A DNA stretch of 44,869 nt, from positions 1 through 44,869 of the forward strand of contig WRJP01000001.1 of assembly GCA_009778535.1 (NCBI GenBank). Reading direction: 5' to 3'. The notes beneath the pieces are model-generated. The model was given only the letters and a program-made list of their open reading frames with translations. It had not been told where the DNA came from and ran no database searches. A program made the translations under genes and the position numbers. Of this stretch, positions 39,198 through 44,869 are shown one piece after another (within the stretch, counting starts at the first letter, position 1; the number at the start of each line of letters is the position of its first letter). The stretch comes from Propionibacteriaceae bacterium (lineage in GTDB: Bacteria; Actinomycetota; Actinomycetes; Propionibacteriales; Propionibacteriaceae).

Positions 39198-40513
39198 CAG
39201 GCAATGCTATCGGGTTGTTCGGCTTCAGCTGGAGTTGCCTCAGCAGTGTCGCGTTTGTCCAAGGCCAACACTGCCGGGAATAAAAACGCACAAAGACAAA
39301 CCACAATCATTACTAGGCCAGAGATCAAGAACCAGTTGGCGATACCAGTCACTTCGGCAGCAGTACCTGCAATGACCAATCCTATCGGAGACGCAAGCGA
39401 TACCACCGAGCCGAACAAGCCCATCACCCTGCCCAGTTTCTCTTCTGGGGTGTGTCGTTGGATGATCGTAGTCAACGGCCCGTTGTAGAAAGCGCAAACG
39501 AAACCCATCAGCACACACAACACCGCAAAAGCCCAGAACATATCTGAGGAAAGAAGACCGCTAGCCGCCGTTGTCACCCCAAATCCCAGGCCAGTAAAGA
39601 GCAATAACACCAAGTGGCGTTTGCCACCGCCCCAAGCCATCAGCACCAATGAGCCGGCCAGCAACGCAATCCCAAAGACTCCTTCAATCAGGGAAGCGTG
39701 GTAACCGCCGCCGCCGAAATGCTCTTTTGTCATCAGTGGGAATAGTGCGCCAACTGGTTGGAAGATAAGCATCGCAACGGTACAGATCAGCATCAACTGA
39801 AACAGTCCAGCGTTTCGGTATATTGTCATTAAGCCGTCACGTAGATTAGCCAACACGTTTTGCTGGGCGGCTTCCAGGTTTTTTGCGGTAGGTATCTTCA
39901 CAAACCACAAGCAAACAGCTGCCATGAATGCGCCACTTGCATCCAAAAACATCACGGCTTGGAAACCAATCACGGTGTATAAAAAGATACCCAGAGCTGG
40001 AGCCCCGATACCAGCCACACTCCAAATCAATTGATTTAACGAGTTCAAGCGCAGCAGATGTTTTTCTGGCACCAGCATTGGAGCCGCAGACGTTAAAGCT
40101 GGAGTGCGGAATGCCTGTGCTATTGCCCGTCCGGTGACGATGACCATGATGATAGTCAGACTGGTCTGACCAAGCAAGATGACGACTCCCAAGATCGCCG
40201 AAAGTACCCCTACGCTGACATCAGATATCAGCATGATGGTACGACGGTTGACCCGGTCTGCTAGCACCCCTCCGAAGGGGCTCAGTAATCCGATGGGCAG
40301 TATCGCGAAAATAGTTGTCAGCGAGAGCATCATCGCCGATTCCGTCGTTTCTGTGACGTACCAAATCGCGGCATAGCCGCTCGCATAACTGGTGATAATG
40401 GAGAAGGATTGGCCACCCCAGATGAGGGCGATTACCCGCAACCAATCATGGGGCAGCACCCGTCCGGTCGAAGCTACCAGGACGGGCGAATCAGAGGGGT
40501 TCTCCCTACTCAC
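39197..40513 (-). CDS. MFS efflux transporter, DHA3/Mef-like
   Basis: IW.GQ.FS......A.IWY, GVLADR.NRR, P.LVP...L.R.N, LGRV.GL. Confidence 0.85.
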   Translation of the reverse strand: MSRENPSDSPVLVASTGRVLPHDWLRVIALIWGGQSFSIITSYASGYAAIWYVTETTESAMMLSLTTIFAILPIGLLSPFGGVLADRVNRRTIMLISDVSVGVLSAILGVVILLGQTSLTIIMVIVTGRAIAQAFRTPALTSAAPMLVPEKHLLRLNSLNQLIWSVAGIGAPALGIFLYTVIGFQAVMFLDASGAFMAAVCLWFVKIPTAKNLEAAQQNVLANLRDGLMTIYRNAGLFQLMLICTVAMLIFQPVGALFPLMTKEHFGGGGYHASLIEGVFGIALLAGSLVLMAWGGGKRHLVLLLFTGLGFGVTTAASGLLSSDMFWAFAVLCVLMGFVCAFYNGPLTTIIQRHTPEEKLGRVMGLFGSVVSLASPIGLVIAGTAAEVTGIANWFLISGLVMIVVCLCAFLFPAVLALDKRDTAEATPAEAEQPDSIA

Positions 40514-40542
40514 AAGAACCGCCTCCTTACAAACGGTTTATG

Positions 40543-40941
40543 TCATTTAATGCTGACGGCAGCACCAGCGGCTTCGAGAGCGTCCTTGGCCTTGTCGGCA
40601 ACGTCGCGGGTTACCCGCTCTAGGATGATCTTCGGAGCGGCTTCAACCAGATCTTTGGCCTCTTTCAGACCGAGATTGGTGAGGGCGCGTACCTCTTTGA
40701 TGACCTGAATCTTCTTGTCTCCAGCAGAGTCGAGAACGACGTCTACCTCGTTGGAAACTTCGGCTTCTTCGGCGCCTGCGTCGGTAGCAGGAGTGCCAGC
40801 GGCCATGGTCATCGCTACCGGTGCGGCAGCTTTCACGTCGAAGGTTTCCTCGAATACCTTCACAAAATCGCTCAGTTCGATGAGCGTCATTTCCTTGAAT
40901 GCGTCAATCAAGTTCTCGGCAGTAAGTTTTTTGTCAGCCAT
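40543..40941 (-). CDS. rplL: 50S ribosomal protein L7/L12
   Basis: [29 protein letters not shown]...[11 protein letters not shown]. Confidence 0.97.
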   Translation of the reverse strand: MADKKLTAENLIDAFKEMTLIELSDFVKVFEETFDVKAAAPVAMTMAAGTPATDAGAEEAEVSNEVDVVLDSAGDKKIQVIKEVRALTNLGLKEAKDLVEAAPKIILERVTRDVADKAKDALEAAGAAVSIK

Positions 40942-40978
40942 TTCTTTCCTTGTCTATTGATTTAATGAGTTCTTAGGC

Positions 40979-41497
40979 TCAGGCAGCCTGCTTTTTTTCT
41001 TCAAGAGCACTCAACAGCCTTGCAGCTTGGGTGAGTGGAGCGGCAAATGTTCCAACAGCCTTGGAGAGATTGCCTTTCATTGCACCTGCGAGTTTGGCGA
41101 GTAGCACCTCGCGTGACTCCAGGTCAGCCAGTTTTTTGACTGTCGCGGCGTCGAGGACTTTTCCGTCCATGACACCACCCTTGATGATCAAATGCGGGTT
41201 ACCCTTGGCAAAGTCACGTAGACCTTTGGCGGTAGCTACCACGTCGCCTTTTACGAATGCGATTGCGGTCGGACCGTTGAGTTGGTCGTCCAACCCTTCG
41301 ATTCCGGCGCTGTTGGCAGCTATCTTGGTCAGGGTGTTCTTTGCGATGGCGTAGTTTGTGCCCTCACCAAGCGTCCTGCGTAGTGTCTGCAAGTCCGCAA
41401 CGGTGAGTCCACGGTAATCGGTAAGCACAGCAGCAGTAGATTCAGAGAACTGTTGTTTCAACGCCTCAACTGTCGCCGCTTTGTCCGCTCTAGCCAC
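40979..41497 (-). CDS. rplJ: 50S ribosomal protein L10
   Basis: [34 protein letters not shown]; AAGGAG before GTG 41497. Confidence 0.97.
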   Translation of the reverse strand: MARADKAATVEALKQQFSESTAAVLTDYRGLTVADLQTLRRTLGEGTNYAIAKNTLTKIAANSAGIEGLDDQLNGPTAIAFVKGDVVATAKGLRDFAKGNPHLIIKGGVMDGKVLDAATVKKLADLESREVLLAKLAGAMKGNLSKAVGTFAAPLTQAARLLSALEEKKQAA

Positions 41498-41534
41498 GGA
41501 TCTCCTTCCCACGTTTGTTGTCGGGTGCCTCAGA

Positions 41535-41640
41535 CATGAAAAAACCCGTGTGCCCAGGCAACACGGGAAAACTCGAGAGTATTAACGTTTCACCTGCGCG
41601 GGCCTTCTTGACCTTTCAGTCATGCCAGCGGTCTGCGGCT
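41535..41640 (-). promoter_or_regulatory. L10 leader (autoregulatory r-leader) with terminator-like hairpin
   Basis: Minus strand CCGCAGACCGCTGG...GAAGG.CCCGCGCAGGTGAA, then CCCGTGT...ACACGGG-TTTTTT upstream of rplJ. Confidence 0.75.
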
Positions 41641-41729
41641 CGCTCTACTCTACGCCAGCGGCGCTACTTCGACCAAATCCCTGTTTTCCAGACCAATGAT
41701 TGACCTAGTTTTCTCACAGGATTATGACT

Positions 41730-41749
41730 TACAAAAATATATTTATGTA
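41730..41749. promoter_or_regulatory. AT-rich palindromic operator upstream of the second TA-like pair
   Basis: TACAAAAATATATTTATGTA, self-complementary except for one pair, just before CACAAT and AGGAG. Confidence 0.55.
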
Positions 41750-41764
41750 TGGCACAATAGGAGA

Positions 41765-41998
41765 ATGCCATTGAAGTTTTCCCGTACAGCAGACAAAAAT
41801 GGCGTCCCACGCGCTTCATCATGGCATGTAGTAATGACCACTACAGGTACTCCTTTCACTACGAACTGGGGTGAAGAAGGACTTTGGTACGAAGGAACCG
41901 ATGACACAGGCGTAGATATAGAGGTAGGCACAGTCCAACGCGGAAGAGACGAAATGGTTTTCCATGCAATGCCACTGAACTACCGACACAAGAACTAA
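41765..41998 (+). CDS. Small putative toxin (RelE/BrnT-like size, C-terminal FHAM motif)
   Basis: 77 aa; AGGAG RBS; KFSRTA.K.GV...W.V...G.D..G..IEV........VFHAM; toxin-first arrangement with an RHH gene. Confidence 0.6.
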   Translation: MPLKFSRTADKNGVPRASSWHVVMTTTGTPFTTNWGEEGLWYEGTDDTGVDIEVGTVQRGRDEMVFHAMPLNYRHKN

Positions 41999-42008
41999 GG
42001 AAGCTGTA

Positions 42009-42323
42009 ATGAAAAAGCCAATCACACGTCAAGTAGCGACAGCCTTGCTAGCCAACATGACAGACGACGATTTCCCAACGATCGACCCGTCACAGGACAT
42101 AACCGACGAGCAGTACAAACAACTCGTGATCGACGGACGCGAAGCGTACAGCAAAGCAGTAGGCAGACCCTCACTTACAGCACCCGGTACTCACTCGCCA
42201 CAAGTCACGCTACGCCTGCCTGAGAGCGTTAATGCTCAGCTATCCGAAGTTGCGTTGCGGACAGGAAAACGCCGCTCACAAATCGTAAGAGACGCACTCG
42301 ACGAATACTTAGCAGCTGTTTGA
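42009..42323 (+). CDS. Ribbon-helix-helix (CopG-like) protein, putative antitoxin
   Basis: GRPSL......SP.V..RLP.....L...A...G..RS.IVR.AL.EYL; acidic N-terminus. Confidence 0.8.
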   Translation: MKKPITRQVATALLANMTDDDFPTIDPSQDITDEQYKQLVIDGREAYSKAVGRPSLTAPGTHSPQVTLRLPESVNAQLSEVALRTGKRRSQIVRDALDEYLAAV

Positions 42324-42367
42324 GAATGCAGGAACGTGTCTTTCGCGTAATGAATCATGCGATGGAG

Positions 42368-42412
42368 CCTGTGCTGCGGGCTGCGCTTAGTCGCAGCGTC
42401 GCAGTACGCAGG
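42368..42412. terminator. Long GC-rich hairpin between convergent genes
   Basis: CCTG.TGCTGCG.GCTGCG-loop-CGCAGC..CGCAGTA..CAGG; no U-tract. Confidence 0.45.
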
Positions 42413-42425
42413 AAGAACCGCCTGG

Positions 42426-42935
42426 TTACGGCTTGGTATTTTGTTTTTTCCGAAAGGGCTTCTGGACAGAAATCACAACAATGACTACAGCGATCACCAA
42501 AATTGAACTGCTCAACGCAGTAAGCAAGACAAGTTTGTCATGTAACCCTAAGACAGCAGCTGAAGTCACCTGATTTTCAATGACGAAGTCCTGTATTGCT
42601 GTAACGATTGGCAGAGCAAAGAGCATCGCAGGGATGCAGGCAAGGCTATACAGAATCCATTTGCAGATTATCCATTTGTGCTTGAGGAAACCCCAGTGCG
42701 TGAAAAAACCGTAAGCCGTACCCAGTAGATAACAAATCGTGGCTCCGGGCATTATCAACAGATAGTCTGCAAGCACAGCCAAGGAAAGCAGCGCCAAAAT
42801 CCCAGCTTGTGAAGTTTGCTGAAATACCGCCAGCATGATTATCAAAGTGGCAATGACCCCACTCACCCATACCGAAACTCCCGCCAGGTGAACCACTTTC
42901 AGGACTTTCATCGTTTTCACAGACAGCTTCAACAT
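42426..42935 (-). CDS. Four-helix membrane protein, DUF2269-like
   Basis: K.LK.VH.....W, G....T.WGFLKHKWI..KW, ISV.KPF. Confidence 0.7.
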   Translation of the reverse strand: MLKLSVKTMKVLKVVHLAGVSVWVSGVIATLIIMLAVFQQTSQAGILALLSLAVLADYLLIMPGATICYLLGTAYGFFTHWGFLKHKWIICKWILYSLACIPAMLFALPIVTAIQDFVIENQVTSAAVLGLHDKLVLLTALSSSILVIAVVIVVISVQKPFRKKQNTKP

Positions 42936-43019
42936 CGGCTATCGATACTAGCTTCCGCTACTTCGGATTGACAAGACTACGACTGGGTCGTTTGTTGAAT
43001 AGGTAACCTCTACAGTCAT

Positions 43020-43652
43020 TTAGATTTGAAAGAAACTGTCTAGAATTTGCTCAATGAGCGGGTCAGTCTCCGGAATATTTTCGATTTGGATGTATAGATT
43101 ACGCTCACGGAACCTCGAATAGTACCCATTCATCACAAAGTTAGAACCCCCTTCACCATCTTTCCGCTGCGTGGCCTGGAGTCGCTGCCATTGGCGCTTG
43201 TCGACGGTTTGGGCAGGCAGTTCGGTCAGGTCCAAATAGTAGCGCTCGAGATTTTTCATTTGCTCTGCAAAACTACCCTCGTTCTCTGGCCAGAAAGTCA
43301 ACTCCAGTTGAGCCGAGATGCGATCATTGGGTTCACCATCAGCGGCATGCAGCCGCATTACCGAGATGCCGCCTTGAACATCGAATAGCTGCTGCACCCA
43401 ACTGGCCGGAGCCTTGAACGTGATAGCGGCTCCGGCATCTACGTACAGTGTCAACTCGCCCCAGTCTTTACCGCTGGGAGCAGGAGTTGTGGCCGTTGGT
43501 GTAGCTACTACTGTGACGTCAGGTGATGCGGAGGTTCCGCTGCTTTGGCCAGGCGCAGCAGGCGGAATTTGCGGTGAACATCCCGTAAGAGGTGACAGGG
43601 TAACCAGCGCAATAAGTGGGAGTGCTAGCCATTTATGTTTGATCGGTTTCAT
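43020..43652 (-). CDS. Putative lipoprotein of unknown function
   Basis: MKPIKHK, hydrophobic core, LTGC lipobox, Pro/Thr/Ser linker, then a globular domain; AAGGGA RBS before ATG 43652. Confidence 0.7.
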   Translation of the reverse strand: MKPIKHKWLALPLIALVTLSPLTGCSPQIPPAAPGQSSGTSASPDVTVVATPTATTPAPSGKDWGELTLYVDAGAAITFKAPASWVQQLFDVQGGISVMRLHAADGEPNDRISAQLELTFWPENEGSFAEQMKNLERYYLDLTELPAQTVDKRQWQRLQATQRKDGEGGSNFVMNGYYSRFRERNLYIQIENIPETDPLIEQILDSFFQI

Positions 43653-43736
43653 TTCGTTGTCCCTTCTAGTTATTGGTGCAACGCTTGATCCTGGATCAGT
43701 TGCCACCACGACGCTGGGGTGAGTTAACATCGTACT

Positions 43737-44219
43737 ATGGCACAGTTAGTACCAGGTGACATAGCACCTGATTTTTGTTTGTTGGATGCCCAGGAATCTG
43801 AGGTATCACTGAAAAACTACGCCGACAGCAAGGTAGTCGTTTACTTCTACCCCAAGGCGATGACAGCCGGATGCACGACCGAGGCCGTCGATTTTACCGC
43901 TGCTTCGCCCAGCTTTGCAGACGCAGGGTATTCCATCGTCGGAATTTCTCCAGACAAGCCCGCATCCCTGGCCAAGTTCATCGACCGCGACAACTTGGAC
44001 ATCACTCTGCTTTCTGATGTAGACAAGGCGACCATCGAAGCGTACGGAGCTTGGGGCGAAAAGAAACTCTACGGCAAGGTAACCACCGGAATTATCCGCT
44101 CCACCTTCGTTGTTAACGTTGACGCTGCGGGCATCGGCACGGTCGAGTTAGCCGAATACAACGTTCGTGCCGCCGGTCACGTAGAGCGATTGAGCAAACA
44201 ACTCGGCATTTCCGCGTAG
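43737..44219 (+). CDS. bcp: Peroxiredoxin, BCP/PrxQ family
   Basis: APDF.L, YFYPKAMTAGCTTEA.DF, GISPD, GIIRSTF. Confidence 0.93.
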   Translation: MAQLVPGDIAPDFCLLDAQESEVSLKNYADSKVVVYFYPKAMTAGCTTEAVDFTAASPSFADAGYSIVGISPDKPASLAKFIDRDNLDITLLSDVDKATIEAYGAWGEKKLYGKVTTGIIRSTFVVNVDAAGIGTVELAEYNVRAAGHVERLSKQLGISA

Positions 44220-44250
44220 CAGAACCCACTCCCGGTCAAGCAGGCGCAAC

Positions 44251-44868
44251 TTATTTGAGGGATTTGATAATGCTGGCTACCTCTTTGTCCCAATATGGGC
44301 ATTCATTGTATCCGATTCCGCCTATACCTAGCCGGACACTATTTAATGGACCCTCTTTCGGTTTTGTCTTTAGGAATGCTTTCTGCTGTTTTACGTTGTA
44401 GCCGTAAAGGGTCTGTACACACTGCCACACCGTTCCAAACTGGTACTTTTTTGATACATTCTTCCAGGTGGTGTCCGCCAAGATCAGCGTTTTGAGAGAT
44501 TCCGGGTCTTTTGCCAGTTTGGAAAGCTGCGCCGCTGTTAGCTCTTTTGTGAGTTTTACGTCAACATAGAATTGGTTTCCATTCTTAAGGTTTCCCTTCT
44601 TAAGTTCACGGCTGGCAATGAGGAAACCACCGCCAGGGTTTGATCCGCCGGTTTTGATCTTCTCTGCGACTTTTGGCAAATTTCCCACCGAAAAATCGTA
44701 GGGAACTGAAGCTGTTTGCCATTTGTCATCCCGCCATGGCGGCCATGAACCATCATCGTCGCCATAGATCAAATCCTTCCAAGTCCTTACCAAAGCAAGT
44801 TGATCATTAGGCAATCTTTCTTCTAGCAGCTTCCAGCATTCGTCCAGCAGACGATTAATTGCTCCTAG
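44251..44868 (-). CDS. Hypothetical Lys-rich protein, probably 5'-partial
   Basis: Frame stays open from the 44251 stop to the window edge (upstream LGAINRLLDECWKLLEER); lower GC than neighbours; no family recognised. Confidence 0.55.
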   Translation of the reverse strand, partial: LGAINRLLDECWKLLEERLPNDQLALVRTWKDLIYGDDDGSWPPWRDDKWQTASVPYDFSVGNLPKVAEKIKTGGSNPGGGFLIASRELKKGNLKNGNQFYVDVKLTKELTAAQLSKLAKDPESLKTLILADTTWKNVSKKYQFGTVWQCVQTLYGYNVKQQKAFLKTKPKEGPLNSVRLGIGGIGYNECPYWDKEVASIIKSLK

Positions 44869-44869
44869 G

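Noticed and set aside
39197-40513. Calling the MFS pump mef(A) macrolide resistance
   Set aside because: Only family-level resemblance; no msr(D) partner or mobile context; substrate cannot be inferred.

Overview
Core-genome window of a moderate-GC actinobacterium; protein style and gene order suggest Propionibacteriaceae (inference, not a database result). From the left: partial class II ribonucleotide reductase nrdJ with nrdR, a small LexA-box-controlled membrane peptide, lexA, a DinJ/RelB-YoeB toxin-antitoxin pair, a GNAT, dinG-hflX-dapF, the pgsA2-gcvH-FHA-MerR-MerR-gcvP cluster, a sirtuin-thpR-thrS-HIT run, several membrane/metabolic genes, manA, tRNA-Thr(UGU), a complete fused S10+spc ribosomal protein operon (rpsJ to rplO), TerC, glnS, an MFS pump, rplJL, a second TA-like pair, a lipoprotein, bcp and a partial unknown gene. 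I see no CRISPR array, transposase, integrase or prophage, and no clear multi-gene novel system. The most notable signals are: (1) a dispersed repeat family with fixed flanks and a sequence-variable, covarying hairpin whose G-T wobbles all fall on one strand; (2) ribosomal protein L4 with a ~195-aa acidic/basic repeat tail; (3) a probable S8-binding rRNA mimic before rpsH; (4) candidate MerR-family operators linking the two MerR genes to a DUF3263 gene; (5) a LysM-less candidate SOS division inhibitor; (6) repeated synteny breaks, several at repeat clusters.
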